From contig CACYZF010000003.1 in NCBI GenBank assembly GCA_902778895.1, positions 162,410-226,409 of the forward strand: a stretch of 64,000 nucleotides of DNA, given 5' to 3'. This DNA is from an uncultured bacterium. Lineage in GTDB: Bacteria > Verrucomicrobiota > Lentisphaeria > Victivallales > UBA1829. The position numbers and the translations under genes are program-made. This document shows positions 38,721 to 49,300 of this stretch, one piece after another. Position 1 is the stretch's first letter; the number at the start of each line of letters is the position of its first letter. The notes below the pieces were generated by a model, which had not been told where the DNA came from, made no database searches, and saw only the letters and a program-made list of their open reading frames with translations.

Positions 38721-40300
38721 AGCTTGATCGGGGTAAGGCTGATGAAATACACGCTGTTCGCCTGGAGCGGCATCGCAAGCGTGACCATGCCTTCGACTTT
38801 GATGCCGGACTGGAACACGGGTTCCATGGCGGAGTTCTTCTTGATCTCCTCGACATCCTCGCGGGTGAGGTCGGCCGGAGCACCGGCGTTCAGCCAGAGC
38901 GTGTACGGGTCGTTCTGCTGGAACCCGATCATGTAGACCTTGACGTCGTACTCGCCGGCGGGGAGGTGATGCAGCACGACGGACACCTCGCCCTTGTCGG
39001 TGGCGGGCACGGTCTTGAAGAAGAAGTCCTGATTGCTGACCTTGCCGCCGTTGGTGGGATGGGAGAGATCCCAGAAAAGAACCTGCACGCCGCCCTTTTC
39101 ATCGCGGCAGACGTAGGAGGACTTGTCGGAGGAAACGAGTTCGGTGCTGCCGAGAAGAGAGAGGTACTTGTATGCCCAGTAGGCGGCCTTCGGGATGCCC
39201 TGGTAGGACATGAGGCCGAAACCGCCGTGGAACGGACGCGGCGCGGGACCGTTTTCCTCGAAGATGTCGGTGAACGTCCAGAAGCTCATGGAGTCGAGCG
39301 CCTCGGTGTTGCGGAGCTGTTCCAGGATGAACGGACCGGCGAAGAAGGAATCGTGCACGGGATCGACGGGCGAATAGGAGGAGTTCCACTCGGTGATGTA
39401 AACCGGAAGTTTCTTTTTGCCCTTCTTGACGATGGCGGGAAGCGGTTTGTTCGCTTCGTCGCAGACGTAGTGAAGACTGGGATGCAGGAAGAGCTTGCGG
39501 TTGCCGTACTGGTCGAGGCCGCTGGGGCCGTCGCCGAGGCCATAGGTGTGGTAGGAAATGAAGTCCAGCGGGACTTTCTTCTTGTTGCAGTAGTCGATCA
39601 GCTCCTCGATAAAGACCGGGCCGGCGCCGGAGGGACCGCCGACGGGGTAGTCCTTGTTGACGGACTTCACAGCCTTGGCGGTGTGTTCGTAGAGCTTGAG
39701 GTATTCGGGGAGACGGTCCTTTTCGGCGAGACGCCAGAAGATGTTGAGGTTCGGTTCGTTCCAGACCTCGAAACGCCAGGTCTTGACCTCATCCGCGCCG
39801 TAGCGGTCGGTCCAGTGCTGGACGAGCGTCTTGATGAGGGCGTCCCATTTTTCGTATTTCTTCGGCGGGGTCACGTTGGCCTTCCACCAGAAGACGGTGT
39901 CTTCGTTGAAATTGGCGCGTTCATCCTTGAAGTTGTCGGAGGCGAGCTTTTCGGGCATAAAACCGATCTCGACGAACGGCTTCATACCGATGGAGAGCAG
40001 GAAATCGTACACGTCGTCGATGTACATGAAGTTGTAGACGGGGTTGCCTTTTTTGTCCTCGGTGTACACACGCATTTCGTCGTGGAGCAGGCCATGCGCC
40101 CTGAGGTAACGGAATCCGAATTCCTTGTGGCAGTGTTCCAGCTGTTTGCGCCAGGACTCGCGGAGACCTTCGCCGATGCGGCCGGCGCCGACGCAATCGC
40201 TCCAGACCATGGAACGCGGCCCTTTGAGCTGCGAGAGGTCGGATTCAATGACGCGGGTTTCATTCTTCTTTGCGGGGGAAGCTGCTGTTTGTTTTTTCAT
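38093..40300 (-). CDS. GH39 beta-xylosidase fused to a Lys/Ala/Pro-rich histone H1-like tail of about 200 aa
   Basis: FRYLRAHGLLHD, PFVEIGFMP, FEVWNEPN (acid/base), DFISYHTY, VYITEWNSS (nucleophile), SFWTFTDIFEE, FHGGFGL; no signal peptide. Confidence 0.92.
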   Translation of the reverse strand: MKKQTAASPAKKNETRVIESDLSQLKGPRSMVWSDCVGAGRIGEGLRESWRKQLEHCHKEFGFRYLRAHGLLHDEMRVYTEDKKGNPVYNFMYIDDVYDFLLSIGMKPFVEIGFMPEKLASDNFKDERANFNEDTVFWWKANVTPPKKYEKWDALIKTLVQHWTDRYGADEVKTWRFEVWNEPNLNIFWRLAEKDRLPEYLKLYEHTAKAVKSVNKDYPVGGPSGAGPVFIEELIDYCNKKKVPLDFISYHTYGLGDGPSGLDQYGNRKLFLHPSLHYVCDEANKPLPAIVKKGKKKLPVYITEWNSSYSPVDPVHDSFFAGPFILEQLRNTEALDSMSFWTFTDIFEENGPAPRPFHGGFGLMSYQGIPKAAYWAYKYLSLLGSTELVSSDKSSYVCRDEKGGVQVLFWDLSHPTNGGKVSNQDFFFKTVPATDKGEVSVVLHHLPAGEYDVKVYMIGFQQNDPYTLWLNAGAPADLTREDVEEIKKNSAMEPVFQSGIKVEGMVTLAMPLQANSVYFISLTPIKLAPVKAAPAKKAEAKPAEKVPAKAAAPAKKAEAKPAAKPAPAKKAEAKSAEKAPAKAAAPAKKAEAKPVAKAPAKAAAPAKKTEAKPVAKAPAKKAAPVKPVAKPAPAKAASKPVAKPAAKAPAKKAAPAPVKNAAPVKPAAKPVAKAPAKKAAPAPAKKSAPAKKPAAKSAAKAPVKKAAPAPAKKAPAKPAAKPVAKAPAKKPAKKK

Positions 40301-40407
40301 GAACTTGCTCCTTGAGCTTTAGGTTCGGAATCACATGCGGTTCAAACCGCCCGCTTTGAGCTTGTGCGAACTGGAAGGCAGGCGGAAAACTACATTTTTT
40401 CATTTAA

Positions 40408-40436
40408 ACTATACAGTACACCCGTGAGAAAATCAA
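40408..40436 (-). promoter_or_regulatory. Putative promoter of the GH39 gene
   Basis: TTGATT-N17-TATAGT with TG immediately upstream of the -10 element. Confidence 0.55.
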
Positions 40437-40584
40437 TGCACTATTTGTTTTTTTTCATAGATTTAATGGTTTATTTTTCAAAAAAACGGAGATAAAAATG
40501 GAAAAGTCGCCGCCCGTTGCGGAAAACGGATGCGGCGGCAGGTTGGTTGAAACGCGGTTGAGAATCGAGCTCAGGCGAGGCGGA

Positions 40585-43500
40585 TCATTTCGGCAGGACT
40601 TTCAGCTTGCGGATGAAAAGCGCCCGGTCGCCGCCGTCGCCGAATCCGTCGTTGCCATAGGTCATGCGGAGGTGATGCTTTCCTGCGTCGAGCGAGACTT
40701 CGGCGAGGTCATAACCGGCAGTAACGTCCGACGGGACCTCGTGTTCGGCGGCGGGGGTGCCGTCGATCTCGATCGTGACCTGGGAATAGATGCGCTGGTA
40801 GGGATAGCACACGGCGTCGATGTGCACGACATGAACACCGGACTGCGGCGTTTCGAAGTCCGTTTCCAATTCGACGAGCGTGTTGTTGGAGAGCACCTGC
40901 GCGAGCCCGCCCGCGATACGCGTCTGGGAGATCAGGTTGTCCGGATCGTCGGCTTCGCCCGCGTCGCGGCGTTCCGTGCAGAAACCGGCCCCCAGATTGC
41001 GTAAAAGTCCGCTCAGATAGCGTTCGCCGCGCACATCGTTTCCGTCGCGGACGCATGTCCAGTTCGCACCGTCCAGGACCACACGGCCTTCGCCGAGTTT
41101 CCAGCTCACGAGCGAACCCGGCACGGCGGGGACTTCGGTTCCGGCGGGATACTCCGCTTCGGAGAGATACGCCTCGGCAAACACGCCCGCGCCGACTCCG
41201 GCACGGCCCGCACCGCGGACGTCGATCTGCGAGGTCCCGGCGGGCAGATGGATGATGGTACGGTATTCGCCGGGGCTGTCCGGGACAAACCAAACCTGTT
41301 CCGTATCGCCGACCGCGATGCGGCAGAGCGGCTTTTCTGCAAACTTGAACACATAATGTCCGCCGTTCACGCCCATGTCGACGATGTCAGGCAGCGGTTC
41401 GGGGGCATCAATGCGAAGCGTCAGGCAGACAAGTCCGGCTTTTTCGCGGACGGCGGTGAAAACGGAATGCGGCGCAGGATCGACGAATCCCGGCATGCCG
41501 ATCGGCGGGGTGTTCATCGGAACAGGGCCGCCGTCGAGCTTGACCGTGCCGGAAACCGGACCGGGCTGCGCGAACGCCTCCGGCACAAACCGCATGGAAA
41601 CGGCGTCGGGCTGGATGTCGAGCTTGCTGTCCCAGTCGTAGATGCGGCAGTGCGTGAGGTCCTCGTGGGAAACGCCGAAGAGGAGCGGCGACTCGCGGCC
41701 GGAAATGAAACCGGAGCAGTCGCCCTTCACGCAGGCGATCCCGTCCGCGCCGATGGCGTGTTTCAGTGTTTCAAACGTCTGCGCATCGGGCATGTGCCAG
41801 CAGAAAACGCCGCCGTCGCGGATCCATGCAGCAAGCTGGTCCGGGGACATATTCAGGCCGGAACACGCGCCGTCCGCCGCGATGAACCGCGCTCCGTCCG
41901 CACCGGAATCGTTCACGCCGATGGTCCGCAGCACACGGAGAACGCCGGGATCGGTCGCGAGCACTTTGACCGGGATGGCGGGCTTGCGCGGGAGTTTTTT
42001 GAGATAAGAAACGGCGTTCCTGTACAGGATCTCCGCGGCGGGCTCGGCAGCGCGTTTGCTCCAGGCGAGCAGCTGCATCAGCACGACATGGCCGTCCCCG
42101 AACGGCAGATCGGCGAACGGGCCTTGCGCAAGGGCACTGAATCCGCCTGTCACGAGCAAAGCTTCCAGGCCGTTGCGCCCCTCGCGGATGACCTCGCGGC
42201 GGGAGATATAGTGTCCGTCGGCCCACCACTTGAAGTCGGCGGGTTCGAGTCCGGCGAGCAGCGGATGGTCCGGAGCGAGCGGGAACGCCATGGTCGACGC
42301 GTGGTCCGTGAGGTTCACGCCGAGTCCGAGCGGATCGAGCGTGTCCTGCGCCAGCATGAGCGCGCGGCCGCCCATCGCGAGGAAACGCCGGAACCCATCC
42401 GCATCGAATGCAGCAGGGTTTTCCGGCGTGCCGAGCACGTTTTCCGCGACGATCACGATGTCCGCCGCCGGATTCAGCGAGGCGAAATTCACGTCGCCGG
42501 GCGCATGGTAGATATGCACATTTTCCGCATCGTCTCCGGCGGGCACGGGATAGATCTTGTACCGGAAACATTCGCGCTGGACCTCGGTTCCATTGGCGGT
42601 CAGACGGAATTCGAGCGTGGAAATCTCATATTCAGGCAGGGCTTTTCCTGTCATGTTCTTCGCATTGAACGCGAGCGAGACCGTGCGCGCGCCGCCCGGT
42701 TCGAGCGTGAACGCAACGGAATCCGCATCCATTCCGTCAACGGCGATCGTCAGCTTCAAATCCTGCGTCTCCGGCGAATCGTTGAGCACGTCGAACGCGA
42801 CGGATTTCTTCATTCCCGCGAACACGCGCGACGAACGGTCGCGGCGGAAACACGCGATCCTGCGGTAGAATATCTTTTCCGCCTCGGCCGCGCCGGGGAC
42901 GGACGTGCCGCCGAACCCGTAGGCGGTCCAGGGGCACATGCCGGTGACATTCGCCATGCGGAACGCTTCGGTCTGGTCGATCCAGCCGAGATACTTCGCG
43001 TCGCGGTTGCATTTCTGGCGGCTGAGGTAGACCTCCTCGCCGAACCAGATGGAGCCGACGGAGTAGTCGGTCTGCGGGCACCACAGGTATTCGCCAATGT
43101 ACAGCGGCTTTTTGCGGTCCCAGAAGAACGTCCCGGACTGTTTTCCGAGCATGCCGCCCGCGGCTTCCGCCTCAATGCGGCGTCCGAGCCATTCGGCGGC
43201 GTCGGGATACGCGTACAGCGCGGGCATCTCGTGAGGATAATGCAGCCCGATCATGTCGTACTTGCCGTCCGGGTCGCGGTCAGCCTCGAACATGGTGGCG
43301 CGGGTCGGGTCGAACCGCTTCGTGAGCGTGCCCATCTCGCCGAGACGGCGGTTGAGGTCGGGACAGAACTTGACCGAGCCCATGAACAGGATCTCGTTGC
43401 CAACGCTCCACATCACGAGCGAGGCGTGGTTGCGGTCGCGCCGGATCATCCCGCGCATGACGTCGGCGAAGTTATTCCAGAAAGGATCCTCGTTGTACGC

Positions 43501-44646
43501 ATACATGGCGTTGCCGTCGGTGTACACGGGCGACTCGTCGACCGTCATGATGCCGATCTCGTCGCAGGCATCCAGATAATCCTCCTGCCACGGCTGGTTG
43601 TGAAACCGGAACGCGAGGATTCCGTCGTCCTTCCACTGGCGGACGCGGCGGAAGACCTCCTCGCGCGGGATGTAGCCGTAGGCGGGCCATGTGCTCGAAG
43701 CCAGCAGGCGCCGTTTCACGCCGTTCAGAAAGAAATCGGGACCGTCGCACCACACTTCGCGGAAACCGAAACGCGTGAAGGACTCGTCGCAGAGCGCACC
43801 GTTCGAGTACAGGCGGACCCTGAGGCGGTACAGGTTCGGGGTCTCGGGCGTCCAGAGTGTCGCATCCGGGAACGCCGCCTCGAAACGCCATGCGCCGGGA
43901 TTGAACGCCGCGTCACCCGCCTCGTCCGAGAGCTTGATCCCGCCAAACTGAGGAACGCCGCCGAACGTCAGCACGGACATCTCCCCGTCCAGCACGGCAC
44001 ATTCGATCCTGAGGCCGGAAGCATCCGGCAGCACGCCCGAGGCCTGCACAACCGCGCCGGTCACGCTTATGGTCATATTCCGGACGGAGGTCACGATCGC
44101 GAGGCGGGAATCCTCAAGGTGAAGCGGTTCATGCGCGTCGAGGTAGACCGGCAGGAACGGGCCGCAATTGTCGTGGAATCCGCCGACCGGTGCGATCGTG
44201 TGCGCGATCTCGTCCGTGCTCTTCGTGAGGTCTTCGACCGCGCTCCGGTCGCCGCAGCACAGGTCGAGCGTGTGACGGCCGCCCGGGCGCACAAAATCCG
44301 TGATATCGAGTTCAAACGGCGTCCAGCCGTCAAACTTGCTCCCGGCGAGCTTGCCGTCGATGTAGACCTTCGGGGTATTCCGCGCGCCGCGCAGGTTCAG
44401 CACGACGCGTTTGCCCTGCCAGGCCGCCGGGATTCCGATCTCACGCCGGAACCACAGGAAATATGGCACGTCCTTTCTCACGGCGCTCCGCCAGCCCGGC
44501 ACCTCATAATCCACCCACGCGGCGGATTCGTCGGGACGTTCGGCGGAGGTGTTGATCTGATGCTTCCAGATACCGCACAGGTCGATACGGTCGCGGGTTT
44601 CGGATTTCGTGTAGACGGGACAAACGGCGGTTGAGGTGGGATCCAT
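40585..44646 (-). CDS. Large GH2-family glycoside hydrolase with additional C-terminal domains (CBM-like)
   Basis: IDLCGIW, LWTPETPNLY, RFGFREV, FFLNG, FRFHNQP, RDRNHASLVMWSVGNE (acid/base), PLYIGEY (nucleophile); C-terminal GKHHLRMTYGND..DRALFI resembles CBM60-type modules; start placed at MDPTST after GGAGG. Confidence 0.85.
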   Translation of the reverse strand: MDPTSTAVCPVYTKSETRDRIDLCGIWKHQINTSAERPDESAAWVDYEVPGWRSAVRKDVPYFLWFRREIGIPAAWQGKRVVLNLRGARNTPKVYIDGKLAGSKFDGWTPFELDITDFVRPGGRHTLDLCCGDRSAVEDLTKSTDEIAHTIAPVGGFHDNCGPFLPVYLDAHEPLHLEDSRLAIVTSVRNMTISVTGAVVQASGVLPDASGLRIECAVLDGEMSVLTFGGVPQFGGIKLSDEAGDAAFNPGAWRFEAAFPDATLWTPETPNLYRLRVRLYSNGALCDESFTRFGFREVWCDGPDFFLNGVKRRLLASSTWPAYGYIPREEVFRRVRQWKDDGILAFRFHNQPWQEDYLDACDEIGIMTVDESPVYTDGNAMYAYNEDPFWNNFADVMRGMIRRDRNHASLVMWSVGNEILFMGSVKFCPDLNRRLGEMGTLTKRFDPTRATMFEADRDPDGKYDMIGLHYPHEMPALYAYPDAAEWLGRRIEAEAAGGMLGKQSGTFFWDRKKPLYIGEYLWCPQTDYSVGSIWFGEEVYLSRQKCNRDAKYLGWIDQTEAFRMANVTGMCPWTAYGFGGTSVPGAAEAEKIFYRRIACFRRDRSSRVFAGMKKSVAFDVLNDSPETQDLKLTIAVDGMDADSVAFTLEPGGARTVSLAFNAKNMTGKALPEYEISTLEFRLTANGTEVQRECFRYKIYPVPAGDDAENVHIYHAPGDVNFASLNPAADIVIVAENVLGTPENPAAFDADGFRRFLAMGGRALMLAQDTLDPLGLGVNLTDHASTMAFPLAPDHPLLAGLEPADFKWWADGHYISRREVIREGRNGLEALLVTGGFSALAQGPFADLPFGDGHVVLMQLLAWSKRAAEPAAEILYRNAVSYLKKLPRKPAIPVKVLATDPGVLRVLRTIGVNDSGADGARFIAADGACSGLNMSPDQLAAWIRDGGVFCWHMPDAQTFETLKHAIGADGIACVKGDCSGFISGRESPLLFGVSHEDLTHCRIYDWDSKLDIQPDAVSMRFVPEAFAQPGPVSGTVKLDGGPVPMNTPPIGMPGFVDPAPHSVFTAVREKAGLVCLTLRIDAPEPLPDIVDMGVNGGHYVFKFAEKPLCRIAVGDTEQVWFVPDSPGEYRTIIHLPAGTSQIDVRGAGRAGVGAGVFAEAYLSEAEYPAGTEVPAVPGSLVSWKLGEGRVVLDGANWTCVRDGNDVRGERYLSGLLRNLGAGFCTERRDAGEADDPDNLISQTRIAGGLAQVLSNNTLVELETDFETPQSGVHVVHIDAVCYPYQRIYSQVTIEIDGTPAAEHEVPSDVTAGYDLAEVSLDAGKHHLRMTYGNDGFGDGGDRALFIRKLKVLPK

Positions 44647-44817
44647 GCTGCTGCCTCCATGGTGCCTGAGGTGTGAATGGTATGATTTGACACGGGATGC
44701 CGTCACCCCGCGCAATGTTTATCAATGTATAAAATACTCCGGAACAACAAAAAAACTATCGCTTATTTGCTCAAAAGCATAGACTTTTTGCACACCCGTC
44801 CGGAGTTTGTGCGAACA

Positions 44818-44846
44818 CAAAAAAAGCTCCGCCGGAAAGCGGAGCC
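44818..44846 (-). terminator. Terminator after the LacI regulator gene
   Basis: GCTCCGC/GCGGAGC stem with a T-run on the minus strand. Confidence 0.75.
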
Positions 44847-44882
44847 GAAAAAAGAACAAAACGGATGCTGAACCTGCCGGAA

Positions 44883-45908
44883 TCAGTCGAGCACGACAAG
44901 CTCGGGCGCAATCACGATGTCGGTACGCGGGAGCCTGTTGAACGAGTGCATCCGGTCGAGCAGGCGTCTCGCGGTCATGATGCCGAGCTGCTGGTGCTTG
45001 ATATCGATGAACGGCGGGACCTTCTCGAAATAACGGAGCGTGTGCTCGCAGGTGAAGGCGGCGATGTACTCGTATTTGGAGATGTCGATGCCGCGCGCCC
45101 GGAGTTCGTTCATGACGCCCAGCATGTCGGCGCTGGTGACGAACGCCATGCCGGTGGCGTCTTTGAGCTTCAGGAACTCGTCCGCAAGCTTTTTGTAATA
45201 TTCGTTCATCGTGACGTTCTCACGCTCGACCTCGGGAAGATCGCCGCACTGGATGCCGATCCGTTCGCATTCGGCCTTCAGGGAATCAGCGAGTTCCTTG
45301 TGCGTGAAACGGTTTTTGTACTCGGGGAAGATCACGACTTTCTTCACGCCGTTCTCGAAGAAGAAACGCATGCTCTGGCGGGAAATCTCGGTGCTGTCGA
45401 ACTTGACGACGTCGAAATCGATGTCGTCGCTGTTGGCGTTGAGGAAAGTATTGACCGTGGAGATGCCCTGGAGACGCTGATGCAGGCGGGCGCGGACTTC
45501 GGGATCTTCCGGCTCGCTGCAGATGATCGCGCCGTCGCAGTAGTCCGGGTTCAGACGTTCCGGGATCGTGCCGTCCTCGCCGATGATGCAGAATTCCATG
45601 GAGATGTCGAGTTTCTGAAGCTCTTCGAACACGGCGGAGATGAAGCGCGTGGTGGATCCCCAGTGAAAATACTGTTCAATGGACGAAATCGAATTGATGA
45701 CGATCATCACGCGGAAATGGCGGATGCCGATGCGGTCCGGCGTGCGAGGTCCCTGGCGTCTGGCACGCTGGCGGTAGCCGAACTCCTTGACAATAGAATC
45801 GATCTTTTCGGCGGTCGAGGCCTTGACGAGTTTGCGGTTGTTGAAGAAGCGGGATACGGTGGCGATATTGACCCCTGCACGATCAGCAATGTCTTTCAAG
45901 GTAGCCAT
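44883..45908 (-). CDS. LacI family transcriptional regulator
   Basis: MATLKDIADRAGVNIATVSRFFN HTH followed by a periplasmic-binding-protein-like sensor domain. Confidence 0.92.
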   Translation of the reverse strand: MATLKDIADRAGVNIATVSRFFNNRKLVKASTAEKIDSIVKEFGYRQRARRQGPRTPDRIGIRHFRVMIVINSISSIEQYFHWGSTTRFISAVFEELQKLDISMEFCIIGEDGTIPERLNPDYCDGAIICSEPEDPEVRARLHQRLQGISTVNTFLNANSDDIDFDVVKFDSTEISRQSMRFFFENGVKKVVIFPEYKNRFTHKELADSLKAECERIGIQCGDLPEVERENVTMNEYYKKLADEFLKLKDATGMAFVTSADMLGVMNELRARGIDISKYEYIAAFTCEHTLRYFEKVPPFIDIKHQQLGIMTARRLLDRMHSFNRLPRTDIVIAPELVVLD

Positions 45909-45961
45909 GAGAATTCTCCTTACATGCTCGGGTGATAGATTTTTGGCGGGGCGTGTGCATT

Positions 45962-45990
45962 AATATATCACCAATCTTGCAATAACGCAA
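45962..45990 (-). promoter_or_regulatory. Putative lacI promoter overlapped by the palindrome TTGC-N6-GCAA
   Basis: TTGCGT-N17-TATATT; TTGCAATAACGCAA at 45977-45990 covers the -35 element. Confidence 0.45.
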
Positions 45991-46304
45991 ACGAATTTTA
46001 AGTCATTTTTCAAAATTCTTTTGTGAATTTATAAAATTGAAATATGTTCAAATGAAACGAACAAGAAAACATCAAATAAGCCGGAAAAAAATGCAAGTTG
46101 AACAGGGAATAAAAAACAAAACCGAAACAGTCTTCTTTCCTCGGCGCGGAAGGGGGAAAGATAAAAAACGGCATCGTATTTGCATTAAACAATGAACTGA
46201 AGCTGAGGTCGCGGCGATCGACTGCATGGACACACGGCGGCCGGCATCGGGTCGCGAAGTCGCGTTGATCCTCCGGTTTCCGGACACACGAAGGCGGATT
46301 GCGT

Positions 46305-49300
46305 TTACCGGCCGGCGAGAATGCCTCTGCCGGATTCCTCGAATATCTTCCGCGAGGTGAATTCGAGGAATGCGCCGGCTGACACGAGGTCGCTGAACAT
46401 ACCGGACCCGTCGTCGCCGAATTTGAGCCGGACATTCTCCGCGTTCACGCCGGAAACCCTGACGCTGTTATCGCCGTCCTTGTAGGTCATCGTTTCGGCG
46501 TTCCAGTTGTCTTCGCTGCCGGATGCAAACCACAGCGTGACCGTGCCAGTTCCGAGCTGTTCGACCTTGTCCGCGCCCCAATCGTTGCAGAACGTGAAGA
46601 CGTCGCTGCCGCCGCCTCCGTGCATCCTGTCGTTGCCGATGCCGCCCGCGATCACGTCGTTGCCGGACGCGCCCGCGATCCGGTCGTTCCCGGCGTCGCC
46701 GAACAGGAGATTGTCGTCCTTGTTCGTCCAGATGGTATCATCGCCGTCGCCGCCGCGGACGGTCAGGCCGTCGCCGGTGTATTCGATGCGGTTGCTGGTC
46801 ATGTCCACGACGTCATCGCCCGCGCCCGCGCGGATCTCGCCGATCCGGGCAATACGCGACTGGCTCAGGCCGAGTTCGCCCGGAGAAGCGGAATAGATGT
46901 CGTCCACGAACAGCGCGTCGCCGTTCGCGTCGTCCGTCATCAGCAGGGTGCTGGCATCGGTCGAACCTTCGAAGATGTCCGTGAGCTTGTTCTTGCCGGC
47001 GAGCGATACGCTTTCCTTCGTGCCGCCCCAGGGGGCATCGGCGGAGCCGACGTGCCGGGCGGCATAACGGCTTCCCCAGGTTCCGGCTGCATTCACATAG
47101 AACGCGTCGGCATTGCCGTCCGCATCGGACCTGATGAACTTCGGATCATCGCTTACTTTTCCCGCGACGACAGGTTCAATTACAGTCCATTCCTCGCCGT
47201 CATCGGCTTTGACGCGCACCTGATAGTTGCCCTCAGGCAACTGGAAGGAATCCAGCGCGTTGGTATCGGCATCGAGTTGGACGGCATGCTCGAAATCATC
47301 CGGGGAGTATTCCACGATGTACTGCTCAGCGCCCGCGATCTCCTCCCAAGTCTGCGTCTGCGGAATGACGTCGCCGTTCTTGCAGGTGATTGTCACGGAA
47401 GCGGCGGAGATGGTGCCTTCGTCGTTCTGTGAATCGACCTTTACCGTCAGGATGTTTTCTCCGACTTTCAGCGACGCCGTGTTGACCGTGCAGGTGAAAT
47501 CGCGGGAGTATCCGGGGGAGATATAAGCGATGCCGCAGACCCCGATGATGGCATCTCCGCAATAGACGTATGCCATGGTCTCCTCCGACATTTTCTTTCC
47601 TTCGTTGGAAACCGTGAAGGAAAGCGTGACATCTTCCTTCCATTCAACGGGATCTTTTCCAACCGACAGGTTTTCTATCGTCAAATCGGGTGAAGCGACC
47701 GGAACATAACCGTTTATTCCCTCATAGAGGCGCAATGCGTCCATTTCTTCCACGGTATACCACCGGGTGGTTTCATCCCCCCATCCGAAATCCAGATGGA
47801 ACATATTTCTGGAGCTGTCGTATCCGTCTGCGACAATGGCATGACTCTGGCTTCGAACCGAAACGCCGACCGGACGGCCAAGAAGCAGTTCGTACGCCAG
47901 AACATCATAGTACGACATACCGGACTCATATTGTTCCGCCGCTTCATCTTTTTCGAAGCCCGCCCGGATAAACAGGTCTCCGTTCCAGGCCGTTGATGTT
48001 TCTTTCGAAGTATAATCGGCCTGCTGAACCACTCCGGCGGCAAAACACAAAGCGGCGATGCAGTTTTCGTCCAGAATATTGAAACTCTGCAGCAGCTTGT
48101 TTGTCTCCGCAAACGAAAGATGACCGCTTTCCGGGTGGTCGGAGCTGTCGATCATGATGTAGCGATTGCTCTGGTAAGCATCCGAATCCGTCAGGGACAA
48201 GGTGAAATCGAGCAGGCCGTTCTGCAGCCAGTAATAGATGATCTGCGATGCCGCGGTATTGGTGCAGCCGACGACGCACCGTTCCCCTGTTACCGGATAG
48301 ATCGGGCAATACTTGTTGTAAGGATCCTCCTGATTCCATCCCGCGCTGAGCGAAAGCAGAGCCTTGCTCTCCGCGTATTTCAGGATGGCCGGACTGCCGT
48401 CGACGGAACCGGACCAGGAGAAGCCCATGATGTGGTCCAGCATGTGCGATGCCACCGATATGATCTGTTCGTCGGAGTACCCGGAATCCAGCAGGACGAA
48501 GGCGTTGTCGTCCCTGACCTGATCGTTCCCGTCGCATGTCTCGGAGATGCCGAAGAAATCGCCGTATTCGTCGAATGCGGAGCTCACGCCGAAATAAAGC
48601 GTGGAGTATTCGATGCCTTCCGGGCGCTCTAGCGTGAACACGATATTGTACTTCCCGAATCGCTCCGAAAGGGCGGAAACGACGGCCGCCCGCTGTTCAT
48701 CCGAAAACTCCGGATCGGCCACGGAGAGGTCGAACGACAGTTCCAGGTCGGGATTCTTGTACCGGGCCTGTTCCTCCCCATCGAAGTCCAGATAAACATA
48801 CTGCGTCGGCTGTGTTGCGTTCACGCTCAGGATCAGATCGCCGTCGTTCAAGTTCAGCTTGTATTCCCTGCTGCCGACCACTACGGACCGGTCCAGCGAA
48901 AGAGAACCGAAATCCGCGACGGAATTGTACACCGAAATCGTCTTCGTCTCGAATCCCCACGCATTTTCCGCGAGCTTGTAGTCGCCGTAATCCTGCGAAT
49001 CCGAGACGGGGAGCGTGAAAGAAGGACAATCCTGCATTTCGGCGAGACCGGCCAGATTGACCAGTGCGCTTTCATTTCCGGGCGAGATCACCGAAAGATC
49101 GAGTTGCAGCTCGGCGCCGGGATCGAACGTGATGCCCTGGCAATCGACATGTCCCGTGACGATGCCGCCGCTGGAGATTGCGGCAGACTGAATCGTTCCG
49201 CCAGCCCCGAGTTCCAGCCTGCCTCCGGCATAAACCGTGATACCGGTCGCCGTTCCGTTGGAGGCAACGAACATATTCGCGCCGGAATTGACCGTGGCAT

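Noticed and set aside
41248-44634. 1128-aa plus-strand ORF (also 3050-5578, 38063-40315, 49344-51563, 6377-8938 and 27106-29466)
   Set aside because: Each lies opposite a well-supported gene and has no domain signature or RBS.
46228-46290. GGACACACG repeated twice, 54 bp apart
   Set aside because: Only two short copies with no structure or context, compatible with chance.
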